A DNA stretch of 55,749 nt, the filler included, from Catajapyx aquilonaris (Eukaryota): the NCBI GenBank assembly GCA_000934665.2. It is 3 parts of 3 records of this genome, joined end to end, with 100 filler letters (N's around TTAATTAATTAA, not from the genome) between each part and the next. Parts side by side here need not be neighbours in the genome. Positions count along the whole stretch, not along the records: positions 1 to 18,080 come from JYFJ02006771.1; positions 18,181 to 36,299 come from JYFJ02006772.1; 1 more part is not named here. One strand, given 5' to 3'. The notes beneath the pieces were generated by a model, which was not told the DNA's origin, searched no databases, and saw only the letters and a list, made by a program, of their open reading frames with translations. Made by a program: the position numbers and the translations under genes. Positions 11,158-21,985 of this stretch are shown here, one piece after another (position 1 is the first letter of the stretch; every line of letters starts with the position of its first letter).

Positions 11158-13917
11158 ATGGAGAGGATGCAGAACCTGACCGCCGGGTTCCTGTCCCGCC
11201 CCCAGCAGGAAGGGAAGCCAGACGAGGTCCCCTGGTGGATGAAGTACGCCGGGAGGGGACTCGGAACTGGAGGAGGGATACGTGAGTGACCCTGTGCAAC
11301 ACACACACACACACACTCTCTCTGTGGAGAGAACATATTGTGTCTCTTTAATAAACACCCTGCAGTACAAACGAGGGAGCATGGCACACCAGACACCTGT
11401 TTCACGCACAGCCTGTCATACATGGTGTGTCCCTTTCACATGACGTGTGAGGTTCACTAGGTTCAACTCATGGTCGGGCACCTCATTTTGACAACAACCG
11501 TGCAGACCACTAATCGACCTCTTATCTACTGCTCATATCTCAAGGGTTTACCACATGCACTGGGACACACACAAACATATTAAACAAGTTCATGACTAAG
11601 ATACACTTACGAGAGTGGAAACATGTCACATCAAAACATACAGTTTAAACATATTCCGAGACATATTCTTGTCAATTTACACGATTGCTAGAAAACGCAT
11701 GATCATACCAGGGATTACTCATTCGTATTTATGTTTTATTAATAGTTGTAATTATTTCATTTATTATATTCCGTACTGTATATTTGTTAGTATTTATTAC
11801 ATTCCTTATATTTTTTAACTCTTACATTCCTTATATTTTTATTACTATTACATTCCTTATACAGGGTGATCAAACTTTTTTGTCGTTTTAGTTATTGACA
11901 AATTCGGCCTAAGCTGCTTATATTGTAGCGCGTCACCTGGGAACTCCGTCCGACGGGCCAATTCAAACACGAGCATGTGGAGAGTGCTTCCATTGTTGCC
12001 ACTGTTTGCCAACAGTGGCAACAATGGAAGCACTCTCCATAAGCTGATGTTTGAATTGGCCCGCCGGACGGGGTTGCCAGGTAACGCGCTACAATATAAG
12101 CAGCTTAGGCCGAATTTGTCAATAACTAAAACGACAAAAAAGTTTGATCACCCTGTATTTAATGTCTAAAGCTCATAATATTTAATATATTAGTTACACT
12201 CGCTATATTTATTACTATTAATTTTATTTGTCATGTTATATTATTACATCGATTATATTTCGTCATTTATTTTATTTATTACTATATCAATAGTAAATTG
12301 TTTTGTTTTGTTAATTGCATTTATATGTTCACTTTTACTTATCCATATAACCAGTAATCCCTGTCTTTACTGGTTAATAGCAATGGCAAATGACGGTTGT
12401 ACATGTTCATTGTCATTTTTGAACTTTCTTGCACTTTCCTGCCTGGTAATTAGGTCGCAATTGATTGATTTCCCCCCATGTGGTTGGATTCTCTGCAAAC
12501 GATTGATTTTTGTCCGCAAGTCACAGGCTGTTGCATGTGGCAGGAAATGGGATAAAGCCAAGAAGACCCCTGCATGTCACAGTCAAACTTATTCGAAAGG
12601 ACAATTCGCTGCCCAATCGATGACATGCATTGAACTCTTAACCTGGCAATTTGGTGGTCCACATTTTAATTGCTCGCAGAGATTGGAGCAGGATTTTTAC
12701 ATAATATTTTAATTTACAGTTGCCATTGCCCTCGGAGCCTGGGCTTGCGTCACCATCTTCCCCATCTGCATCGTGGCTGGTATATGGCAAATGTAAGCGA
12801 CATAATTGCTCGTAATGATGTTCATCTGGTGGTCATAACATGATAACTTTGCGCAGGTTGGCAGGATTTCTGGTAGTGGTGATAGAGGCGCCATGTTGCT
12901 GCGTGTTCATCGGGGCCGTTCAAAATTTAAGTACCTGGATGGACTTAAGGCCTCACTGGCAACGTGGATTATTTTACATCATGTAAGTATTGCACTGCGC
13001 TACACGGTGCGACGATAATCACGACTAAATCATTGCAGAATATCGCTCCCTGCATTTATCCTGTGTACGGGACTTACAACCCTATTCGGCAGCGGGCTCA
13101 TTTTTGCTACAGGCGTCATCTACGGACTAATGGCAGTCGGAAAGAAGTGAGTCACTTGGTTCATTGTCAGGGGGAATAATAGAGGAAATGTGGAGGGAAT
13201 AACGAAACTAGATGTCCTTGAAAGTGGCGGACAGGAAATTAACATAAGTGGTGGTTTTTGCTTTCCTAACGAGTGTGGGCTGTGTTTGTAACACTTGCTA
13301 ATTTATCCAGTTTATACTATTTGTGTGTCGAGCTTTTTGTGTGTGTGTGGGTTGAATGAGAGCACCGGTTTGCGTGCCCGATTGTTGCAGGGGCGCAGGT
13401 CCAAGCGCACTGCCCCCGGAGCAGCCCATCTCCCCAACCGCCCCAGTCGGGAACCCAGCCGACGCACCGCTGGTGGACGACCCCGATGTGTGGAGACCCA
13501 CATAACCACTCCCAGTCAGAGACTAAAATGTGTTTTATTAGGCATGAATAGCATGTGTGTTTTTCCCCCCTGTGAAAGTATGCACGTAGCGTCTTGGTAG
13601 ACAATTTGATCGCTACTGTTCGGTACTGATTGCTGCCTTTTTTTTGCAGGGCGTCTAGAGATGAGATGCGTGCCAGACTTGAGACGGGAGACGCATATGG
13701 ATCCAAGCTGGTGGACAACATGAAGGACCCTCGACCTGACCCGCCTGCAGAGGCCCCTGCTCCTGCTCCGAACCCTTACAACGTACCCAACCCATTCTCG
13801 CAACCCGGACCGGCCGAGCCGCCACCCATGGCCACTTCGTTTCCCCCACAACCATTTCCGATGTCAAACGACGCGCCGCCTGCCTACTACCCAAATTTTA
13901 CAAAGCCCGTCTACTAA
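11158..13917 (+). CDS. fwe: Calcium channel flower (Fwe/CACFD1), long isoform
   Basis: Exons 11158-11281 ([41 protein letters not shown]), 12720-12792 ([23 protein letters not shown]), 12857-12982 ([19 protein letters not shown]...[11 protein letters not shown]), 13039-13146 ([35 protein letters not shown]) and 13650-13917 (ASRDEMRAR...PVY*). All phases fit. PWxxKY, EAPCC, [15 protein letters not shown] and GKKASxxxMR are Flower signatures. Confidence 0.93.
11862..12155. mobile_element. Palindromic Tc1/mariner-type MITE (294 bp) in flower intron 1
   Basis: TA|CAGGGTGATCAAACTTTTTTGTCG...CGACAAAAAAGTTTGATCACCCTG|TA, with inverted arms of about 145 bp and a TA target duplication. Related arms occur at 18181-18305 and from 55485. 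Confidence 0.92.
13391..13505 (+). CDS. fwe: Alternative terminal exon of flower (ends DDPDVWRPT*)
   Basis: Acceptor TTGTTGCAG at 13390 is in the same phase as the exon 4 donor (AA|gtgagt). It encodes [37 protein letters not shown]. Confidence 0.8.
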
Positions 13918-14990
13918 TTCTGCCACAATCAGCTCTTTAATTACAATTAAAGTTGCCGTTTCCTTTATTGCGGTGCAGGATCCAACCGTTGCAGCTAAAT
14001 TAACAGCGGAAAATGGGCTTCCAAGCGGCACGTGGCTTCTAGTCAGCATTTTTTTCATTTGAGCAATAAAACAGGTCGCTGATTTATCAGGACTTGCAGC
14101 CATATTTTTCCTGGGGAAGTGTCACAAAAATGACGGAACAAAGAGTGGTCATGTGCCGATCATTTATTTATTTACATTCTCCCCCGGCTCCTTTCATATC
14201 AAACGAATATTTTGACGCTTGGAATTTTTATTCATGTGTCTGTGCGGTTGGATCCTGGCACTCCTTTTAAATCGACATCAGTACGTGGTTGGACTTGTCG
14301 TAATCCTTCATCCACGCACCGCTAACGAGGCAGCAAGGGCACCCAACAAATGACGGACGAATAGATCTCTCTGTAAAACTGGCGAACAATTCCATTCCAG
14401 CGTCGAGGTAGTCCAGTGCAATAGTGTATGTGTTCTACATGTGTATGGTTGTGTAGATGCGCCAGTTTGTGAGTGTCAGCATTAAAAAAAAATAATTGCA
14501 AAAATCAATGGTAACTGTGAGGTGTCCCCCTCCCCCGTGAATAAAAGTCTGCTGTGGACTTTAACGAGTGATTATTTTGCACACCTGTAATCAGTGCACC
14601 GTGATAAGGAGTGGACGCAGGTGACTAAAGGTCAGCTGATGTGACTACGCATTGAATTCAGATCAGTTTTGAGATCAAGGCCGCATGATCCTGACTAGGT
14701 GACGAGCAAGGAGTGAGCGATCGTAAGCAAAGATTGCATGAGTCGTACTGCAACTGGCAACAGCGCTTTGAAGCCAATTGCACACAACACGTGATGGTGG
14801 TGATGATGCTGACGATTATTATTAAGTTATTGCGCATTCCTCATTTTAATATTTATGGCTAATTGCTGCTTGCTAATTGTTATAATATATAATTTAATTT
14901 ACATATTATTTACAATTGGATAATTATTGTAATTATGGTAAATTGTTGCTTATTTTGTTATTAATATATCATTAAATTTACGTATTATGA

Positions 14991-15090
14991 TTTGATAATT
15001 ATTGTAATTATTTGATTTGATAATTATTGTAATTATTTGATTTGATAATTATTGTAATTATTTGATTTGATAATTATTGTAATTATTTGG
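14991..15090. repeat. 25-bp AT-rich tandem repeat (4 copies) in low-complexity AT region
   Basis: TTTGATAATTATTGTAATTATTTGA repeated at 14991, 15016, 15041 and 15066. Confidence 0.85.
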
Positions 15091-15858
15091 TATTAATTAG
15101 TTTAGTATTTGCTAATAATTCTTAAAAATTGTAATTATTTAATTCGCTTATTAATTATTTGCTGATTATAATTATTTGCTGATTATAATAATTTGTAATT
15201 ATTTAATTCCCTTGTTATTTAATTCGCTTGTTATTTATTATCTGCTTATAATAATTTGTAATATATTGATTTTACTGGTTATTCATTGTTTGCAAATTTT
15301 TATCATTTGTTACCATTTAATTATAGTTAATACATGTCATTTTTTAATTCTTTCATTACCTGGACTTTGCTGGCTACCCCCTCATTAGGATTTACGCTGC
15401 GAAGTCAAGGGATTAATTATTTACTTGCTAATAATTGTGTTAATTAGCCAATATTGTTAATTTGTAATTAACACATTGTTTAATTTACTATCGTTATTAT
15501 AATTATTGTGGTATTATTACACCACCATTATTCTGATCATAATTGCAATGATGGTACGTGTCGCTTCAATTGAACAATATTACAGTACACTTGGGCCGTA
15601 TGAAAGCAAGTCGTGGCCCCTCCAGGCCCCTTCAACTATATTCTGTGCATGCCTCCGAGGAGTGTGACGATGACGTCGCAAATTCCCAATGTAAACTAGG
15701 GCTAGATCAAGCCTATTTTCTATCCACCCCTCCTCTCTCTACACTTTGAGAGAAAATCGAAAAAAGGGCGGGTCCACTTTCCAATGCGCATTTTGAGGTT
15801 TGGTTCAGTCCCGTGTGTGTCGGAAAAGTGGAGGCCATGTTGCGTCCAAATCTGGATC

Positions 15859-15870
15859 CAAGATGGCGGC
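15859..15870 (+). promoter_or_regulatory. YY1/Pho-type motif near the probable UBAC1 transcription start
   Basis: CAAGATGGCGGC consensus immediately upstream of the GC-rich first exon. Confidence 0.45.
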
Positions 15871-16436
15871 TGATTTGACGATGCTGGATTTACGAGGGTG
15901 ATCGGAAGGGGGAGGGGGAGGTTGGTGGGGGGGGCGGAAATAGAACGTACGGGAGGAGGAGGGGGGTGCTCGGCGGCGGATGCAGCAGAACTGGACCAGG
16001 GGAGAAGGAGGATCGGAGGAGGTCCTGGGAGACGGATCGGGGGCCGCCCCTGGGCCACCACCAGCCCCGCCGCCACCCACACTCAGACACAGGCTGCTGG
16101 GCTGGCTAGACTGGTCCGGCCCCCAGCAGCAGCAGCCACGGTGGTCCTGGAGGCCCTGGAGGCAGCCACCGCCACCACCACCACCGCAGCCAGCCCTGCC
16201 GCCAGCACCACCACCAGCAGCTAGAGCCGGACACAGCAGCACACTCCCCGGACGCACCCCGCCGCAGCAAAGCCCCGAGCGGAGTAAGCATAACAATCAA
16301 AGCGGCTCAGGTTGGCACCACTGGTAAACAGAACAAGCCGCAATGAGTAGACTGTAACCATCGCATTGCTTGTCCCCTGTCTAACGGAGGAGTTCTAATT
16401 GCAGGTGGGCGTATCAAGCGGCGGAACTGCCGGGCC

Positions 16437-18080
16437 ATGTTCGTGTCCGAGTCTAGTCTGCTGGGCGTTGGAGTCGATGAAGGGAGCGGCGGAAGCGGAG
16501 CCGTTGAAGCGGGGGCTGCAGGAGGAGCGGCGGTGGATAGCGGATGGGGCGGCGTTGGATCTGCCGGCGGGGTTCAGGTGAAGCTGCAGGTCGTGAGCGG
16601 CGAGGGGGAAGTATGGAGCGCGGAGTTGGAGCTGGAGCTGAGCCTAGAGCGGCTTAAGGCGCTGGCACTCGCGCATCTGTACCAGGGACAGCAGGAGAAG
16701 CCGCCGCATCCTGCCGCGTACAAACTGGTCCACGCTTCCCAATCCAGGCAGCTTCCAGACCACTCGACGTTGATGCAAGAAAATGTCAAGGACAATGGTA
16801 ATCGCATTTGTCGCAATATACGCCGTATCTAACGTCGACTGTTGCAGACGAGATTCTTCTGCTTCCGCGCCGTCATCCGCCGCCGACCGAGATGCAAACG
16901 GAGCGTGAGATGGCTGGACCCACCCAGCAGGAGATCCTGGAGGCGACGGCCCACTTGCAGCCAAGCCAAGGGCAGGACGACTCAGGGGCAGCCCAATCCC
17001 CAGCCCCTGATGTGAGTTCGGGACCACGTTTCAGGCAGGAGCCACTCTTCACCTTTGTTGGTTCAGTTTATTGCACTCGTTTAATTATTATGTTGCACAT
17101 GGCGGTTCGGTGGCACACCCTGTAGCGTTAACACTAAATCCGGGTGTTCAGTTTCAGTCGGAGATGCGCAAAATCCTGGTGTCGTTGGTCGAGGCATCCA
17201 CTTGCCTGCTAAGCCCAAGTCCGGAGGCCGTCACCACTTTCCTGCAGATGCGGGAGAGGATGCAGACCCAGAGTAGGGGCTCAGGCAAGGGCGGATCCAG
17301 GGGCAGCCCTACCAGCACAGGACGAAGCGTGGCGCTGTCAGGTTCCATCCCAAACCAACGTGACTCGTCGCCAACCCCTGAACCGCACTTACTCCGCCAC
17401 CTTCTAGACATGGGTTTCACGCAGCGGAGAGCCAGGACTGCGCTCAAAATGACAAAGTATGACCTGTCCATATCAGTTGAGCCGCAATCCTAATTTGTTA
17501 TTTTGTAGCTATGACCCTGGAGAGGCGCTTGAGTGGCTTCTGGAGCATCCAGGCGATGAGGTGGAGGAATCGCCGTCGCCTGAATTGCCGGAAAAGGAGT
17601 GTCCGGTGGATACCGCCGAGTCGTCTCCGCTGTCAGCGCTCCAGTCGCTTCGGAGAGCATGCCGCCGCGAGTTCCATCCAGATGGACGTGCCTTGCAGAG
17701 CTTACGAGAGATGGGATTCAGCGAGTCGGAGGCCACCCAGGCGCTGAGGGCGACCGATAACAAGCGAGAGGCGGCGTGTGACTGGCTTCTGGGCGACAGG
17801 CGGGGGCAGCATGATGCGGCTGAGACGGACTTAAAGGATGAAGGCTTACCCCCTGATAGCCCTGTACTGGCGGCCATCCTGGCTAATCCGGTCGTCCAGC
17901 TTGGACTGAGTTCGCCGAAAGTTCTGGTGGCTTTCGTTTCAATGCTGGAGCAGCCCAGTTCCGCCAACATCTGGCTGAACGATCCGGACACTTCCCCCGT
18001 TCTCTCCCACATATTCAAGACCTACCACGCGGAAAAGCACTCGGTGGCTCCGTCCTCTTCCATCCCCGGCTCCAGTCCCG
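16437..18080 (+). CDS. UBAC1: Ubiquitin-associated domain-containing protein 1 (UBAC1/KPC2); 3' end truncated by the gap
   Basis: Exons 16437-16797, 16848-17011, 17152-17456, 17509-18080. UBL-like N-terminus, DFQSEMRKILVSLVE, UBA1 (LLDMGF...ALEWLLEH), UBA2 (LREMGF...ACDWLLGDR) and STI1-like (AILANPVVQLGLSSPK). A possible upstream coding exon lies at 15980-16310. Confidence 0.92.
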
Positions 18081-18180
18081 NNNNNNNNNNNNNNNNNNNN
18101 NNNNNNNNNNNNNNNNNNNNNNNNTTAATTAATTAANNNNNNNNNNNNNNNNNNNNNNNNNNNNNNNNNNNNNNNNNNNN
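18081..18180. other. Artificial contig linker (N-run with TTAATTAATTAA)
   Basis: 100-nt spacer with a six-frame stop sequence; the same design recurs at 36300-36399. Confidence 0.9.
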
Positions 18181-18305
18181 CAGAAGAGACCTGTCGCTGG
18201 GTCGTCCGCGTCACTCACTCGATTTGTAAACAGTGGCAACAATGGAAGCGCTCTCCATGGGCTGATGTTTGAATTGGCCCGCCGGACAGGGTTGCCAGGT
18301 AACAC
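18181..18305. mobile_element. Partial arm of the CAGGGTG Tc1/mariner MITE family
   Basis: Reverse complement of about 55555-55680; also matches the right arm of the 11862-12155 element. Confidence 0.8.
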
Positions 18306-18633
18306 CGCCGCCGTCGCCGCCGAAAAAAAAAATCAGCGACGGCTAATTTGTCCAGCAAAACAGCCTTGATATAATAATAAGTACCAAGAGCTAATAGTGA
18401 TTAGCTCTTGTAAGTACTCAGCCTGTTTCATATTTATCTTGGCTTATACTGTCAGAGATTATGTCTCATCGTAATAAATCACTAGCTGATGAGGTCATTA
18501 TCCGCTTTGACACATATCTTCGTGGTCAATTGGCAGTACTTTGGAACTCTTCAGAAGGCAATTGAAGAACTTCAGAGGGCTCCAACGGGACTCGTGTTGG
18601 AACATGTGCTCCAACGGGGCGGCACGAGGGAAG

Positions 18634-19100
18634 GCGAGAGGTGCCCTGCTCGTAGCGCAGATGAGCTCTAAAGGCAACTTAATTACTGACGACTACACGC
18701 AAGGTCAGTTCTTTGAGGCAAAGTAACACCATCTATATTTTGAGCTAGTGAGTGGCTTACAGATTTGAAACTGACAATAACTCTTGATTTATTCCAGCTG
18801 CGTTGGCAATGGCTGACAAACACAGCGACTTTGTGTGTGGTTTCATATCGCAATCGCCTTTGAGTCAGAATCCAGCCTACGTGCACATGACCCCAGGAGT
18901 TAGCCTGCAGGCCTCTGGTGATACATTGGGCCTAGGCTACGTGACCCCAAGCGAGGCCATAAAAGAACGGGGAGCCGACGTTATCATCGTGGGAAGAGGG
19001 ATTTACGAGTCCACGTGACGAGTCTGATGATGTCACCAAGGCGGCCATCCTGTACAAAGAAGCTGGATGGTCAGCGTACCTAGAGCGTGTTCAACAATGA
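18634..19100 (+). pseudogene. UMPS: UMP synthase (OMP decarboxylase C-terminal part), 5'-truncated and frameshifted
   Basis: Exons about 18634-18703 (RGALLVAQMSSKGNLITDDYTQ) and 18798-19100 (AALAMADKHSDFVCGFISQ...MTPGV...GADVIIVGRGIYES). Removing a 13-nt insertion at 19012-19024 restores SDDVTKAAILYKEAGWSAYLERVQQ*. AATAAA at 19112. No upstream UMPS exons were recognised in the contig. Confidence 0.85.
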
Positions 19101-20003
19101 AGTTGCACTGCAATAAAAATGTAGTCAATTCCAAAATTTGAAACCATGGCTATTTTTTAAAAAGTTTTTAATAAAAATTGCGTTTACCATCATTAATTAA
19201 ATGTACAGATTGTGCTCTTTCCAATGGCATTATTTATGTTTGTGTCAACAAAAATATCTAGGACTAATGACTATTTGAAGTGTGGTACCGGTATGTAAAG
19301 AAATGTTCATTTTCGTGTATTCAGCATTTTTGTCTTTTTTTTATAGAATTAATTACACTCGTAATGATTATTTTAAACATTTTCTAATATATCAACCCAC
19401 TATATGTACTATGCAACAAAAATCAACATTTTTTTCTGTCCATGAAAATTCATCGCTATTTCCAGGTTCCTTATAATATGTCACATGTAACTCATAATGA
19501 TATTTCCATGTTCCAAACAAACCAAACAAATTTGATGCAAAATGATTGGAAAAAGGAATGGTCATTATCAGTTACCTACGAATGACATAATTATAACGAA
19601 CATGGAAATAGTGATGAATTTCCATGCATGTCACATAGATATGATCAAGTTTTGTAGGCTGTAGGGGGCTGTGATAGAACCAACAATGGTCTTTCACAGC
19701 CACCTACAACGAGGGGTCACCTCACTCTGACTGTTAGTAGTGGACAAGAAGGAAATTGCTCATCTGCGGCAATATTCCATCATGTTGCACTCAATAACCT
19801 GTGCGAATGTCATTATTTCTTTTCACTCCATTTCTGAGTCCACTGGTCTATTGTAACAGTGTGCACTTCACAGTACATGCAGATACATTATGGTGTACTC
19901 TAAACACTCGAACTTCGAATTTTAATACAGTACCGTAAATCCTTTCAAATATTTCTTAAGTATTCACCAACTGGATTATTCGGAAACACTAAATAATAAG
20001 GGC

Positions 20004-20445
20004 GACCGATGGACCGAAGCAGTTTGGTGGAGTGGAATGGTGTTTGACTACGGTACTAATCGGGAGGTCCTGGGTTCGAGTCCCAGGGCCGGCAATCCTA
20101 AACGTGGTTTTCTGTGGTTTCCCAGTCCCCCCAGGAGAATTCTGGGATTGCTTCCTAAATAATAGGCCACAGCCGCTTCCTTCCTTTCCTATCCTTGTCC
20201 CGTCCATGAGGAGGTGCTGTGTCTGTGGGGAGTTTCTGACCTGCATCTAGGGGATCATCTTGGCGAATGGGCCCTCTGAGGGACTGCACACGATCCGCAA
20301 CTTGAGACATTGCACCTGCACCAGTGTCCGCCCCTCATTATCCCTATCCTGTACTGGAGGAAAGAAAAATACATGAAAATTGATGGTGGTGTACCACCCC
20401 CCAACAGGGCCTATGTATAGGCCTATCACTGGGTAAAACAAATAA

Positions 20446-20485
<40 letters not shown>
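20004..20485 (+). mobile_element. tRNA-derived SINE (family A) with (AAAT)n tail
   Basis: A box TGGTGGAGTGG at 20025-20035 and B box GGTTCGAGTCC at 20073-20083. Central GGTTTTCTGTGGTTTCCC...AGGCCACAGCCGCTTCCTTCC block, (AAAT)n tail, and a 14-bp target duplication TAAATAATAAGGGC at 19990-20003 and 20486-20499. Confidence 0.9.
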
Positions 20486-20493
<8 letters not shown>

Positions 20494-20715
20494 AAGGGCA
20501 CTGCTTCCAAAACAATGTCATATTTACTGTAAAACATTTCATTACATTCCTCCATGTTTGGGGTTGTACATGCTTCTTTGAACAAAAATTCACACAGGAT
20601 ACAGATGATTGTGGGTCAAGGTCTCACTTTTCAAGATATTATTTCTGACACATTCCCACATTTCTTTCATTGGTGGTGAACCAGGGTTTGGGAACCACCA
20701 ATACATATGCATGCT

Positions 20716-21985
20716 TTATTTGCATAATTCATGCAAGTAAATTGATGCCATCATCAAGAGAGACATCAGCAAAATAATCAGTGTCACAGGATTATTTGAA
20801 ATGATCCGAGGAGTCCCAGAAGCACCTGCAAAAGAGAAATACAGTGAAGTAGGTTGAAGTGTTGTTTCCGCTGCACTCTTACACATAAAATAATTTTTAA
20901 AAACATATTGTAAGGCAGAAGCATACTTACTTTCACCTGAAAAGGTGGTAAAATTCCCGACAGTGTATGGGCCCTTTGCATGTGCATGTGAAACTGCTGC
21001 AACCTTCACCTCATAGAGTTGACCACCTTCTAAATCCGCCACAATAAATTTGAGGCCACCTGTATGGTCTCGTGAGTGCTCCTGATTGTCACAAAGCACA
21101 ACAATTTCATAGTGCGAAATGCACTGGTAGTCTTCTGTTGGAACGTCCCACTGGATATAGGCTAAGGAAGGCTTTTCTTCTTCCAAAGATATATTCAGAT
21201 CTTGGACAGGTCCAGGAACTAAGTAAAATGGAGAGGAAAAAAAATGCAAAATTACATATATCACCGCAGAAAATATTACAGACATTGTATCAACAGTTCA
21301 AAAAAATTTGTCCCGTCGCGTCGAGCGGGCAGCCACGCGTCAGGATGAAAGGAATCAGTTAACGCGTTCCTTTCATCCTGACGCGTGGCTGCCCGCAGTC
21401 TGCCCGCTCGACGCGACGGGACAATTCTTTTTGAACTGTTGATACATCACAACCAACTTTTTCACGAGTTCGACATTATTGTAACTAACCTGCTCCCAAC
21501 ATTGCCACTTGGTTGCTGATACTATTGCTTGAGGAACGATCTTCATAGATAAGGTTTACAGTAAAATTTACTGTCATGCAAGGCTTCATGACATCCTTAC
21601 GCTTGACAATGCAATGACAGTTGGCGCCATGGCAAATCTTGTCCAGTGCACCTCCAAAAACCGAACCCTTGCCCAAAACCGTCTTTATGTCAATGTTCAA
21701 GTAAGTTCTTTTCTTATTGTCAACGCACGATGCCAGAACAAACTCAAGCAGTGCTGTTTCGGGGTCGACAAGCTCAATTGAAAGCTTCGAGATGGCATCT
21801 GAAAGAAAATTAAAGTGTTAAACTGCAGTTACACATCGATCTTATCACTTATGAGCCAACACTAGTATTAATTAAACAAACCTGGACAAATATCCAGACT
21901 TGGTGAAAGAGGGCATACTACGTTAGGTCCAAAAGGCTGGGAGTCAATCTCTTCATGGTGGCTGTCACTTAATCTCAGGAGCTGC
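20716..21985 (-). CDS. Fibronectin type III-like cell-surface protein with hydrophobic (GPI-signal-like) C-terminus (5'-partial)
   Basis: Phase-1 exons 21798-21490, 21218-20937 (VPGPVQDLNI...IQWDVP...YEI...DLEGGQLYEVKVAAVS, FN3 pattern) and 20825-20716 (GASGTPRII...LIILLMSLLMMASIYL). A further exon is possible at about 21982-21882. Confidence 0.7.
21286..21446. mobile_element. Palindromic MITE-like insertion in FN3 gene intron
   Basis: TGTATCAACAGTTCAAAAA...CGTCAGGATGAAAGGAA pairs with TTCCTTTCATCCTGACG...TTTTTGAACTGTTGATACA. Confidence 0.8.

Noticed and set aside
19015..19017. Selenocysteine or readthrough TGA in UMPS
   Set aside because: Homology continues in a different frame after the 13-nt insertion, so readthrough would not restore the protein.
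20010..20095. tRNA gene (also about 39625-39695 and 48140-48205)
   Set aside because: A and B boxes are present, but each is followed by SINE body and tail sequence, with TSDs in two of the three cases; I could not make a convincing cloverleaf.
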